Assembly (NCBI GenBank): GCA_028534125.1
Contig: CM052817.1
Coordinates: forward strand, 498,001-562,000
Direction: 5' to 3'
From: Lama glama
Lineage: Eukaryota
DNA: 64,000 nucleotides
Position 1 is the stretch's first letter. Each line of letters begins with the position of its first letter. The position numbers were made by a program, and so were the translations under genes. Shown here piece after piece: positions 12,721-24,844 of this stretch. A model generated the notes under the pieces. It was not told where the DNA came from. It did not search any database and was given only the letters and a program-made list of their open reading frames with translations.

Positions 12721-14015
12721 GTGGGGGTCAGATATGTCAGACACCCTCCTTGACTCCCAGCTCCCCCATCTTACCCCAGAGCTCTCCATCAGAGCTGGCA
12801 GAGATGACTCTAGGTCCCCGGCCAGTGCCGCTGGGTGTGGAGAAATCTCAGGGCGAGTCCTGGCCAGGTGACTCAGTCACGGTGAGCCTCGCCTCCACAG
12901 GGACTCTGAATGGGACACACTGCTCCAGGGCTCTTTCTGTGCTGAAGAGAGGCCACCCCCACGACTTTGCTCACATGCCCCTTCTGTGTTGATCCCCCCA
13001 CCACTACGATCATCATTAAAATCAAAATCATTATCATCAAAGTTACACTCATTTAAAAACCGTATTTTAAAAACCATCCAGCTCACTAGTGCACCCTTCA
13101 ACTCAACTATAAAGTTTAGTAAGTTCTTTGCTCACGTGGTTCCTTGTAGCCCAGATTTGGTTTTCTTCTTGCTGAGTGCACCCTTGAACAATTCTCTCAG
13201 ACAGCGTGAGTGTAAACTCTTAGAGTCCTTGTGTGTCAGGAGATGAGTTATCTCCCGGTCACTCTCAGATGACCATTTGGCTCCAGATGGAACGGTTGCT
13301 GCGTGTTCGCTTCCCTTGGTCCTTGGAGATGCTGCCCCTGGCCACAGCCAGTGTCGCCGAGAAGTCCGCCAACAATGTGACTGTTCATCTGTGGCAACGT
13401 CGCTTTTACCCCAGGGGCTTTTTGGACGGAATGTGTAATCCAGGTAGAGAACACCGTCTTTGTAGGTGTAGAATTTGCTGAAAGTAAAGGCGGGGGTGTC
13501 AGGGTGCCAGCAGCAAGTGGGGCAAAAGCCTTCAACCACAAGCACGATGACGGAGGAGGGACAGACCACTGCGCAGCAGGAGGGTGAGGTTTTGTCCAGG
13601 AGGTGCCCTTCCCTGGACCGCGAGGGGAGAGCCTTCCCCCTCCCGGTGTCTCGCCTCCCCTGTCTGAGCCCCCTGCCCCTGCTGCCCACCCACTCTGCGC
13701 TGCATCACCCTTCTCTGAGGCCAGAACTCCCAACCGCCCAACAGAGGCTGAGGGACCCAAGGAAGCAGAGTGGCATCAGGACCCTGGCATGCTTGGGTCA
13801 CCATGGCAACCCTGGGAGGCGCTTAGGCCAGAGCGTGGTGTGAGGACCCTCGCCACTGTGACGGCTAGCCCGCCCCTACAGGCTCTCACATCCATCGTCC
13901 CTACCCCCGACTGCTCCAGCTCTGAGATGAAGGCTCTGCCCCATCGCAACAGTCTCTGGGTACCAGTCTGCCCACTGGGGGAGGAGGCAGGGCCTCCAGG
14001 AGGAACGTCAGGAAG

Positions 14016-14536
14016 TGTTACCGAGTCCAAACTCATTCTGCTCACCCCACGACAGGCCAATAAATTGGGAGATGAGGTGTTGGGGCAAAGAATAGCGACT
14101 TTATTTGGAAAGCCAGCAGACCGAGAAGATGGCAGACTAATGTCCTGGAGACCCATCTTCCCCAAGTCAGAATTTGGGCTCCTTTTACACTAAAGAGGGG
14201 AGGGGGTGTGGTAGGTTGTTGCAAACTTCTTAGTGAAGGAATTATTCGTTCTTGCAGCTGTCCACGTGGGTCAGAAGATGGTGCCCCTGTAAACCTCCAA
14301 CAAGACAAACGTTATTTTCTATTCTCCAACTTGTCATCTTTATATGAGTGCAAAAGTGTTAATATCCTTAAAGGTCAGAGCCTTGAGGATGGGATCTCCC
14401 GTCTACTTCAGGCTAAAGTCTACATTCTTGTACAAAAGGTGCAGAACCAGCAGGACTCAGCCCAGGAATCAGGGCACAGGGTTAAAGCCACAGGAACGGA
14501 TCTAACATGGAGTCAGAGTTGTCCTTTTCTGTTACA
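14016..14536 (-). mobile_element. ERV1-type solo LTR (521 bp)
   Basis: TGTTAC...GTTACA termini; 4-bp flanks gaag/gagg; minus-strand AATAAA (tttatt at 14100-14105). Confidence 0.75.
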
Positions 14537-14660
14537 GAGGGACATGGTGAGAGCCACCTGGCGATCGGCCAGAGGGGCTGAGGGGCCACAGGGAGGCGCT
14601 GTGACGCACCACTGGCGGTTATGAGAGCCGGCGCCGCTGCCGAGCTCAGCCAGAGCAGAG

Positions 14661-16030
14661 ATGGCCTTTCTGGCGCTTTTGCTCCTTGTTGCCGCCTTCT
14701 CCACCGCCTTCTCCACCGCCTTCCCTGCGCCCACCTCTGACGCACTCCGTGCCCATTCTCCTTGCCCCGGGCCCCTCACTGCGCACTCCACTTTCGTGCT
14801 GGCATCCACCTTCGCGCCCGTCTGCGGGCTGTCGAGTCCATGCCCCCACACCCAGTGCCTTCTGCACCCGTGAGGGCTGGCCCGACTCCTCTCCCTCGGG
14901 TTCCAGTCCTGCGGCGGGGGATCGGGCTCCAAGAACAAGAGCACAGCGGACCCTCGCCCGTCCAGGGAGCGCCCCTCCCAGGCCTCTGGTGTCCCAGCCC
15001 AGCTTCTCACTGGCCAGCCAAGTGCTCTCGACACTGAGATGAACAGAGGGTAGCCACTGACCCACATGCCACACTCCCCAGGACCCCCTCCAAGTGCACA
15101 GTGGGTATCTGGCCCCAAGCCTCCCCTGGCTGTTCCCAGAGTCCTCGTCTGCCTGTGGCCGTCGGCACCTCTGCCAGGCCCAGGTCAGCTGGCAGGAAGA
15201 GGCTGCTACCTGGTGGAAGAGGAGAACCTCGTGTCAGTCCTCACGTGTGCCGTCCCCACACTGCCCTCCAGGCATCTGAGCCCAGAGGCTGCAGAGGGTG
15301 AGGAGAGGGGCCCCAGAAACCTCAGATCGCCTCCTGGCAACCTTGGCCCTGGCTCCCTCCCTGACTCCCAGCCCCAACCACCACCAAGGGAAGAACTGGT
15401 ACCAGCAGCCTGGCCCGCCCTACAGACAGACAGGTGGGAGGCCAGGAAACGGGGCAGCAAGAGCGACCTGGACCCAGAGACGTGGGGCGTCCTGACCCAG
15501 ACCCAGACGTGAGAGATGCGAGGCCACCAGCCCAGGCCAGAGACTGTCCGCCATTGCTGCAGCCGGGGTGGCGGCGGCGATGGCTGTCTGAGGAGGCGAC
15601 CGCAGCCTTGGTGAAGGGCAGGCGCTCGAACGCCAGCACTTCGGCGCCCAGGACCCTTCGGAGCGCGGTCCTCCTCCCGATGGGTCACTGGGCTGAGGCG
15701 CTGGCGGGCCGCCGGCCTGGGACCACGTTCCACCTGATGTCCTGGTTGCGTTCTGCCTGAGGAGTCCTTTTCCTCTGGGGAGGTCTCTTGCCGAAGGGAA
15801 GGGACGCTGCACCTGGTGCCGAGAGAAGCCGAAAGAGCTGTGGGCGGAGGTGACGCGCCTGGGTACACCTTTGGCCGAATCTCACAGAAAGCTGAAGCTC
15901 ATGGAGATGGCTGTGAGCACAAGCAGGGAACGTGAGAAAAATCTCCACAAGACAATGTCTAAACTAGAGGAATTGTACAGCAGGTCTGAAGAAGAAAAGC
16001 AAACGTGGAGAAACCCACTTGTTCACTTCT
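14661..16030 (+). pseudogene. Candidate decayed, intronless MIA3/TANGO1 (cTAGE family)-like retrocopy
   Basis: Collinear motifs across frameshifts and a stop: KSDLDPE (15459-15479), TLRSAVLL, RPGTTFHLMSW, stop at 15758, GVLFLWGGLL, then a coiled coil with SREREKNLHKTMSKLEEL. The order resembles human MIA3 as I remember it. Not confirmed by alignment. Confidence 0.45.
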
Positions 16031-18099
16031 CAGAGGAGGGGCGCCCCTTAGAGAGCTTGCCAGCAGGGCAGGCACCACGGGGCGCGGCGGTGGGGAGGGG
16101 TGCGGGCACGTCCCAGGGAGCCCCCGCCCTGAGCACAGAGGAGTCCTTGGCTGAGCCCCACGGGCTGCAGGAGAGGTGCTGTCAGTCTGGAGGGGGGAGG
16201 GGGTGGCAGCAGGAGGTCCTTGAGCTGGAGGGCGTCATCTTAGACTGCAGGGACTCGTGTGTTTCCTCCCAGCGAAGCTTCTTTGGAACCTTTTGTGCTG
16301 GGAGCTCCTTCCTAGGCAGGTGGGAGGGTGGGGGCATGGAAGGGTAGCTTCACATGTATATGAAGTCTCAATAAATAGTGTTGGAATGCAAAACAAGTGT
16401 CCACGAGTGATGGTGGCCCCAGGGACAACAGTGCACAGAGTCCTCACACCCTTCAGCGGGCTGGTGTCCACCAGGCAGGTGCTTCTGCGGCTCAGAACTA
16501 TGGAGAGCCAGCACTGTGACACCCTGCCAGACCCGCCAGCACCCAAAGCCAGCGCCGAGCTGGGTGCCTTCAGACGGAAAGAAACCAGGTGGAGGGTCTG
16601 CTCTGGTGTTTCTCCAAAGACCACTTCCAGCCTGAGACAGCCAGTTTGTGGCAAAACTTGGGTTTGCCCCTGACGTTCTGGCTCTGACCTCCAGCCATGG
16701 CGGCAGTGCCCCTCCACCCCAGGGTCCTGCGTGACACAGGCCTTTGATGAGCGATCATGGGGGAGGGAACAGAGGCGTGAGCTGTGCTCCCTGCTGCTGG
16801 GTGGGGGCACGGGGAGAGGGGGCGCAGACGGCAGGCCGTGCGCTCAGAGCCACGGAAGCCCTGTGGGACTGGGGGCAGACTTGTTCCGGCTGCTCTAAGT
16901 GGAGGAGTGGGGCTGGGTGGACAGAGCAAGGCAGAGCAGGATTCAGGTGGGAACTGGGAGACCGGAGGGTGTTGGCGGACGTGGAGGGAAGGGGCTGCTT
17001 CCAAGAGGCGGAGCTGAGAATCAGTGATGAGTGGACGCTGGGGGGCTGCGGGCAGCAGCTAAGGTGGGGTGTTGCCCCCGCCTGGCCTCTTGCCCACCTC
17101 CTTCCCTTCCTGAGAGGGCTAACCAGGGGCCCGAGGGGTCAGCGGCCTGGTGCCCTGCTCCACATAGCCCACATGTCTCCTCTACCATCAGCCTTGTCAA
17201 CGGCCTCTGTGACAGCCTGTCCTGCCTGCTCCTGCCCGACCCTGGGACAGAAGAACACAGGCCCCCCCACCCCACGGAGGACTGTGGCACCTGTGGCCTC
17301 ACAATGACCCGAAGCCCTCAGAGGCCCAGGGAGGGGCCGGAGACAGTGCAGCCGTTTCCTGAGAGTGCTGAGGGTGACAGGGCCCTAAGTGTCAGGGCCA
17401 CAGGAGAGGACGGATGGACATCCGACCGAGGAGTTGCCTGACCGACGTCCCGGGGTCCTCGGGGCGCTGAGCGCTTGCCCCAGGAACAAGACCTGCTCTG
17501 GAACGCACGGGGACGCACTGCCTCAGGAAGCACCTGGACGTCCCCGCAGGGGTGCATGCCAGCTCCAGCACTGACTCCGGGAATGGGCAACGACAGCGTT
17601 GGGAGGCCACGTCCGTGTGTCTGCGTCAGCACCCGGGACCTGCGCATCCTTGGGGCCCGAGAGTGAGGGCCTGTGAGGCTGGGTGACCCCTGGGTCCCGG
17701 ATCCTCTGAGTGGCGGCTGGCAGGCCCCACAGTGGCTCTGTGGCCTGGGTGGCAAGAAGGAAGAGGAGGACACAAACGCCCACCTCCAGGCGGGCAGCCC
17801 CGGGGAGGGGAAGGGCGGGGGAGACGTGGCCAGCTTGGGCGGCGGCCCCATCGCGCACCACTTGGCCCCTGGTCTCAGCCTGACAAAGCTGCGGGTCCTG
17901 CAAGCTGACCGTGAACTGACTCTGGGCCTTACTGAGCAGCAGGTTGTGGTGTGTGTGTCACTGACGTGACCCGGTGCAGCCAGCGAGCCTCCCTGTTGGG
18001 ACCCAGGAGCCCTCACCTAGGGCCAGGCTAACTCCCTGCCCTCTGCCGGACAAGCCGGACACTCCTCAGGACAGCACGCTGGTCCTGGACGGACGACGT

Positions 18100-18490
18100 G
18101 TTAGCTAGGTCCCTGGGGCTGCTGTGACGAAGCACCACACAGAGTGGCTTGGCCGACAGTTGTGGAGACCAGAAGTCCGAGAGCCAGGGGCGGCGGGGCG
18201 GCCCTCCCCGGGGGCTGCCCCCAGGGGCTGGGCTTGCCGCAGCCTTGGGGCTCCTCGGCTCGCGGACGCGAAGCCCCTCCTCAGCCTTCACCGTCGCGCA
18301 CCTGCCCCCAAGCGCACCGGTGTCTGAGCCTCCCTGATGAGGACGCCTGCCGCGCTGCGCCAGCCCGATGGCCTCAGCGCAACCTGATCTGTGGAGACTC
18401 TGTTTCCAAATAAGGGCGCGTCACTAGCTACTTGGTGTGAAGACGCCAGCGTGCGAGTTTGGGAGGACGCAGTCCAACGCCCAGCAGGTG
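18100..18490 (-). mobile_element. MaLR LTR remnant, GC-shifted
   Basis: 'gctgctgtgacgaagcaccacac', 'ggagaccagaagtccgaga', 'atctgtggagactctgtttccaaataagg'. Confidence 0.6.
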
Positions 18491-19449
18491 ATGCGGGCGA
18501 GGAAGCGATGGCGGTGATTCTGGGGCCTCAGTGAGAGACACGAGCTTCAGAGAATACACACAGACCCGCAGAGCCTGGGGGCCGCCACATTAGGGAGGGC
18601 AGTCCCCTTCAGGCTGAAGGACAAACGTTGTGTCTTGCACCTCCCACCCTAAGAACGAAGAGGCCTCTTTGCGTCCCGGCGGTAGCGTGTCCCACACCAC
18701 TAGTCACTGAGGGGGCCCCAGGGCTGCCGGGTGTGTGCAGGGTCCAGCCAAGAAAGGGCCAAAGGAGCAGCCCTGCTGGACGCCCTAGAACCAGAGGCAC
18801 TAGCAGGCTGCTGCGCCCAGAGGAAGGCAGGACGCACGCCTGGTGGCTCTGCAGCAGGAAGCGATGCTGGGAAGCCAGGCTTGGGAGGGCGCAGATCTCT
18901 GACCTGGGGCCTCTAGGGGCCCAGGCCTCCCACCCTGAGCTGACTCTCCCTGTCCTGGGCCTCATAGCAAAACACTGCAAGTCTTGTTATCTGTCCTGAC
19001 CGGAAGAGAAAGCCTTCACTTTTTCCCTCCCATCGTTTTTCAAAAGGATTTATCTCCAGAACTGAACTTCAGGAAACATCTTTCTTGTATCTGATGTGTC
19101 CTGGTGTAGGTCCGCGTGTCCAGGGCTGGCCAGCTCCCCACCCACCTGCTGGGTCACCTGGTCACCCGGCGACCCCACCTGCCCCGTCCTGCCCTGTCCA
19201 CTCCCCACCTGATTGGGCCGCCATCCAAGATGCCAACAGCCGTTACAAACGTTGCATACTTGCTGGCATTTTCCTATTAACATAAAACAGAGTTAGTAAA
19301 ACCTCAGACATGACAACAAATGCACAAATTCGAAAGGAAGAAATCACCAAAATCTCCCCCGCCCCCAGATGAACTTGTTTTTCTGGTATAGACCCCAACC
19401 TGGTTACTGTCACTGCCTTTTTTTTCCTTAATGAAGTCACACTTTCCAA

Positions 19450-19810
19450 GGGTGGTTGTGAGAAGTCATCATAAAATTGGTGGCTTAAAGCAGCAGAAAT
19501 GTATTCTCAGCGTTCTGGAGGCCAGAAGCGCAAAATCAAGGTGTCATCGGGCTTGCTGAGCTGAGGGAGAATCTGCAGCGTCTCTGCCGCCGACGTCGCA
19601 CGGCCTCTCCCTCCTTGGGCCTCACCTCTTGTCTTTCTCTTCAAAGGACCCTTGTCATGGGGTCAGGGCCACCCTAATCCAGGATGCTCTCCTCCCAAGA
19701 CCCTTAACTCAATTCCATCTGCCAAGGCCCTATTTCCAAATAAACCCACATTCATGGGCAGGGGACAGTGTTGGGCACATCCTTCTGGAGACATCGTTCA
19801 GCCCACTACA
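19450..19810 (-). mobile_element. MaLR LTR (MLT1-like)
   Basis: 'ggtggcttaaagcagcagaaatgtattctc', 'ttctggaggccagaag', 'gggccaccctaatccaggatg'. Confidence 0.75.
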
Positions 19811-20134
19811 CGTTCTAGGCAGATTGTCAAGCACCCTTTTTTCCATGTTGTAATGTATCTCAGATAGTGTTTTTTGGCCAATATCTGTATCTTTGCTGTA
19901 TTTTTTTCAAGTTTTGAACACCACTCCTCCGTTTGGATGTCCCTTTCATGCAGGCGGCTGTGTTGGATTTATCTCCGTGGCAGGTGGCACTGCAGTCAGC
20001 ACGCTCATCCACGTCTCTCCAGGAACCTGTGGGGCGGGGCTGCAGGATGAGCCTAAAACGTGTGTCCCCTGGGGCAAAGGACACCAGGGTCCATGAAGGA
20101 AAGAATCAGTGGCTGGACTTCATTAAAATTATGC

Positions 20135-20950
20135 TCTTTTTTCCTTTTGGCCATTTTCACCTATTTCCCCCACCTCCGCCCCCTACTTCTGGCAACCACC
20201 AATCTCTTCTGTTTCCATGAGTTCAGTGTTTTAGATTCCACACGTAAATGAGATCACACAGTATTATTATTTCTCTGTCTGACTTATTTCCCTTAGCCTA
20301 ATGCCCTCAAGTTCCATCTACGTTGTTGCAAATGGCAGGATTTCCTTTTTCATGGCTGAGTAATATTCCTGTGGGGGTTGTGTGTCACATCTTCTCTGTC
20401 CATTTATCTTGATAGGCACTTAGGTTGTTTCTATATCTTGGCAATAGTAAATAATGCTGCCATGAACTTAGGGGTGCATATATCTTCAAATTTGTGTTTT
20501 AATATTCTTCAGATAAATACCTGGAAATGGAATTGCTGGATCATATGGTAGCTCTGTTTTTCATTTTTTGAGAAACCTCCATACTGTTTTCCACACTGGC
20601 TGCACCAATTTACATTCCCATCAACAGTGCATGGGATGCCAATATCTCACTGTGGTTTTGATTTGCATTTCCCGGATGATTAGTGCTGGTGAGCACCTTT
20701 TCATGTACCTTCATGTTGACCATCTGTATTTATCGTTTGGAAAAATGTCTGTTTGGCGGGGAGGGTACAGCTCAGTGGTAGAGCATGTGCTTAACATGTG
20801 CAAGGTCCTGGGTTCCATCCTCCCCTGTACCTCCATTAAATGAATAAAGAAATCTAATTATCTCCCCCCCAAAAAACAAATAAAAAATGATGAAAAAAAG
20901 AGTCTGTTCAGTTTCTCTGCCCATTTTTTAATCAGATTGCTTTTTTGAAA
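20135..20950 (-). mobile_element. L1 3' region interrupted by a SINE
   Basis: 'tagattccacacgtaaatgagatca', 'ggaattgctggatcatatggtagctct', 'gtggttttgatttgcatttccc'. Confidence 0.85.
20758..20895 (+). mobile_element. tRNA-derived SINE (vic-1-like)
   Basis: GGGGAGGGTACAGCTCAGTGGTAGAG (A box), GGTTCCATCC (B box), A-rich tail, flanking 'gtctgtt' duplication. Confidence 0.85.
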
Positions 20951-22075
20951 ATTAAAAATTTCTTTTCTTTCAAAGACACTCTCAAGAGAATGAAAGACAA
21001 GCTACAGACTGGGAGGAAATATTTGCAAATTGTGTATCTGATAAAGGACTGTTATCTAACATATGGAAATAACTCTTAAAACTCAACAATAAGAAAAACA
21101 ACTCAATTAAAAAATGAGCCAAGGACCTTAACAGACACCTCACCAAGGAAGATATTCACATGGCAAATACGCACATGAAAAATGCTCCACATTATATGTC
21201 ATCAGAAAATGCAAATTAACATGAGATACTCCTCCACACCTGTCAGAATAGCTAGAATCCAGACACTGACAGCACCAGGTGCTGGTGAGGACGTGGAGCC
21301 GCAGGGACTGTCATCACTGCGGGTGGAGATGAGAGATGGTGCAGCCGCTTTGGAAGGCAGTTTGGTGATTTCTTATGAAACTAAAACATACTCTTACCAT
21401 ACGACCCAGCAATACTGTGTGCTTCTTGGTATTCGTGCAAAGGAGTTGAAACTTATGTCCACACAAAAATCTGCACCCAGATGTTTACATTTTTATTCAG
21501 AGTTGCCAGAACCTGGAAGCAGCCAAGATGCCCTTCAGAAGGTGATGGATAAATAAACTGTGGTCCCTCCAGACAGTGGAATGTTATTCAGCACTAAAGG
21601 GAAATGAGCTATCAAGCTGTGGAAAGACATGGAGGAAACTTAAATGCATATTCCTAAGTGAAAGAGGCCAATCTGAAAAGGCTGCAGACTGCAGGGTTCC
21701 AACTCTGTGACATTCTGGAAAGGCAAAACTACGGAGACAGTAAAAGGGTCAGGGGTTGGGAGGGAGGAATGAACAGGTGGAGCACCGGGGACTTTGAGGG
21801 CAGTGAACTCACTCTGTGTGACACTATACGGGTAGACACCTGTGATTAAACATTTGTACAAACCCACAGAATGTACAACACCAAGAATGAACCCTGATAT
21901 AACCCTGGGGTGACAATGACATGTCAGTGGAGGTTCACCAGTTGTAGCAAATGTACCTTCTGGGGCAGGATGTGGACGGCAGGGAGACGCTGGGGGAGGA
22001 ATGACATGGAAATCTCTGTACCTTTCAATTTTGTTGTGAACCTAAAGCTGCTCTAAAAAAATTAAGTATTTTTTA
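20950..22075 (+). mobile_element. Old L1 (L1MB/MC-like) 3' end
   Basis: 'acagactgggaggaaatatttgcaaat', 'ggaaacttaaatgcatatt..ctaagtgaaagaggccaatctgaaaaggct', end 'gaacctaaagctgctctaaaaaaa'. Confidence 0.85.
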
Positions 22076-22290
22076 AAGTAAAAGTGACGTTAGTTTGGGC
22101 TATCCCAAAATTGTTGGTATTTTTCCATTTTTGATCTTGAAGAGCAGCAGATTTGTATAACTTAGCCAATTAAAATAGTTTGTTCTTTAAAAAGAATCCA
22201 CAAACTTCTGGCAGGTCTGGCTTTTTTTTTTAATGAAAAACAAGAGAACAATAAATATTCAGACTGAAAGGACGTCACACAGTAGACATG

Positions 22291-22380
22291 GACCACGAAG
22301 GGGTTCCGCGAGAAACCGTGGACCGCCAGGGGTTTCCCTGAGAAACCGTGGACCGCCAGGGGTTTCCGCGAGAAACCGTG
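22291..22380 (+). repeat. 30-bp minisatellite x3
   Basis: GACCGCCAGGGGTTTCCGCGAGAAACCGTG units at 22291, 22321 and 22351. Confidence 0.95.
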
Positions 22381-22502
22381 CTCCTGTCTGTTCTAGCGGG
22401 AGATTAAGCAGGTCCCCGTCCTGGAAAGCCAGCTGCTGAGACAGAGGGCTTATGACAGGCTCTTTCTTCCTTTCTTTCTTTTTGATGATGTTGCTTTAAA
22501 CG

Positions 22503-23395
22503 ATTTTTTTTATTGAAATATAGTTGGTTTATGATGTTGTGTTGGTTCCTAGTGTGCAGCAAAGTGACTCAGTTATGCTGTATATATACTCTTTCTTTTC
22601 CATTATAAGTTATTACAAGATATTGAATATAGTTCCCTGTGCTGTACAGTAGGGCCTTATTATTTATCTAGTTTATATATAGTTGTGTGTATCTGCTAAT
22701 CCTAAACTCCTAATTTATTCCTCCCCCCCTTTCCCCTTTGGTGACCATAAGTTTGTTTTCTATGTCTGTGAGTCTGTCTCTGTTTTGTAAATGAGCTCAT
22801 TTGTGTTACTTTTTCAGAGTCCACATGTAAGTGACATCATATGATATTTGTCCTCTGTTTGACTTACTTCACTTAGTACAATAATCTACAGGTCCATCCA
22901 TGTTATTGCAAAAGGCATTATTTCATTCTTCTTTGTGGCTGAGTAGTATTCCATTCTACAAATATACCCCATCTTCCTTATCCAGTCATCTGTCAGTGGA
23001 CATTGAGGCTGCTTCCATGTCTTGACTACTGTAAATAGTGCTTCTATGAACACTGGGGTGCATGTATCTTTTTGGTGTGTGTGGGGGCAGTAATTGGGTT
23101 TAATTATTTATTTAGTTAGTTTTTTTTTTTTTTAACACAGGTGCTGGGGATTGAACCCAGTGCCTTGCGCATGCTAAGCACACACTCCACCACTGAGCTA
23201 TACTTTCCCCTCACACATGTATCTTTTTGAATTAGAGTTTCCTCCAAATATATACCCAGAAGTAGGATTGCTGGGTCATATGGTAAGTCTATTTTTAGTT
23301 TTTTAAGGAATCTCCATACTGTCCTCCATAGTGGCTGCACCAATATACATTCCCACCACAGTGTAGGAGGGTTTCCTTTTCTCCACCGCCTGCAA
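22503..23395 (-). mobile_element. Lineage-specific L1 3' end containing a SINE
   Basis: 'ttacaagatattgaatatagttccctgtgct', 'ggattgctgggtcatatggtaagtctatttttag'. Confidence 0.85.
23075..23215 (-). mobile_element. tRNA-derived SINE (vic-1-like)
   Basis: Reverse-complement A and B boxes; perfect 14-bp TSD CATGTATCTTTTTG at 23061-23074 and 23216-23229. Confidence 0.9.
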
Positions 23396-23889
23396 GGGGC
23401 TCTTTGAGTCTCCACCTAGGTGGGGTCAGTAAGGCCACCCTCCCACGGGAGGAGTGATCCCACAAGAAGGCCATGTGAAGGAGGCCGGGGCAATGTTCTG
23501 TGGCACTGATGTGTCTACTACACGAGGCAGGAGTGCAACAGCCGCGCTCAGCCGGCCTTGGGACTTGGCCTCCCTCCTGCCTGTGCATCTCCCCACCCCC
23601 ACTGCCAGCCCAGGATCCCAGGAGAGCCTGAGGCCCTGAGAAGTGGCCACCGGCAGCTCTGATGGCAGAGAACCGAGAGGAAGCCAGGTTGGCAGTGACT
23701 GCTCTCCAGAGCTACTCAGGCTGAGGGCAGAGGACATGGGCCAGGCCTTGGTGGAGAGTGGACAGGGGCTGCTTTTAGGTCCAGTCCCAGGGGTCACCTG
23801 CAGAGTCAAGGGACCTTAGTGCCTGGGAGAAAGAAGCTTCTTTCAATCTATGAATCTGGTGGAGGACACAAACATTCAGCCTACAGCAC

Positions 23890-24830
23890 CCACAAAACTT
23901 TTGAGAGAAATTAAAGAAGACCTGAATATTGGGAAAGTTATACCATATTCATGGATTAGAAGACTCAATATCATTAAGATGTCAATCACCCCCCAAACTG
24001 ATCTATAAATTCAGTGCAATCTAAGTCAGAACCCGGGCAGGACTACTTTTTTAGACACTGACAGACTGATTCTAAAATGAAATTGGAAATGACGGGAATC
24101 TAAAATAGTCAACACTATCTTAAAGGGAGAAGGAGGCAAGTCAGAGGGCCTACACTCTGTGATTTCAGGACTTTTTGTTATAAAGCTACAGAAATTCGGA
24201 CAGCAGGGTTTGGTGCAGGGACAGAACAGATCAATGAAGCACAACAAAGAGTCCCAAATTGACCAACACAAAAGCCATCAATTGATTTTACACGAAGCTA
24301 CCAACGCAATTGGATGGTGAAAGGAAAATGTTTTAAAACACAGTGTTGCAGCCACTGGGTATCTGGACAGAAGGGAGCCTTGGCTGCAGCGGCACACAAT
24401 TCGCAAAATTAATTCAAGGTGGAACATAGGCCTTGATGTAAAAACTACAGTTATTGAACTTCAGGAGGGAGAGCATTTTCTCTCTCAAGTAGTCAACAAT
24501 TTCTAGATAAGAAGCCAAAACCATGGCCCATGAAAGAAAAAAATGGGTTAGTAAGACTTCATTTAAATTAACATCATCTGCTCATTGAAAGGCAAATTCA
24601 GTAAATAAAATTCAAGCAGAGTAGGTGGAGAACATCACAAAACATATCTGGCAAAACCCCAAAGAACTACAACTCAATGATAAAAAGAACACAATTTCAG
24701 CACAAGCAAATCCTTTCAACAGACAACTCACAGAAGTACGTCTGCGAATAACCAGTCAGCACACGGAAAGCTGCTCACGTCACCAGTCAGGCCAAACGTG
24801 GATTTAAACCACGTGCACTAAACTGGCTAA
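23890..24830 (+). mobile_element. Old L1 ORF2 3' fragment
   Basis: 'ccatattcatggattagaagactcaatat', 'ccaaactgatctataaattcagtgcaat'. Confidence 0.8.
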
Positions 24831-24844
24831 AGGGGAAAAGGCAG

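Noticed and set aside
20758..20830. tRNA genes at the SINE heads (also 23140-23210, 38153 and 60179)
   Set aside because: Degenerate stems, A-rich tails and TSDs identify them as SINEs
22291..22380. CRISPR-like palindromic repeats
   Set aside because: Head-to-tail units with no spacers, mammalian context, no cas genes
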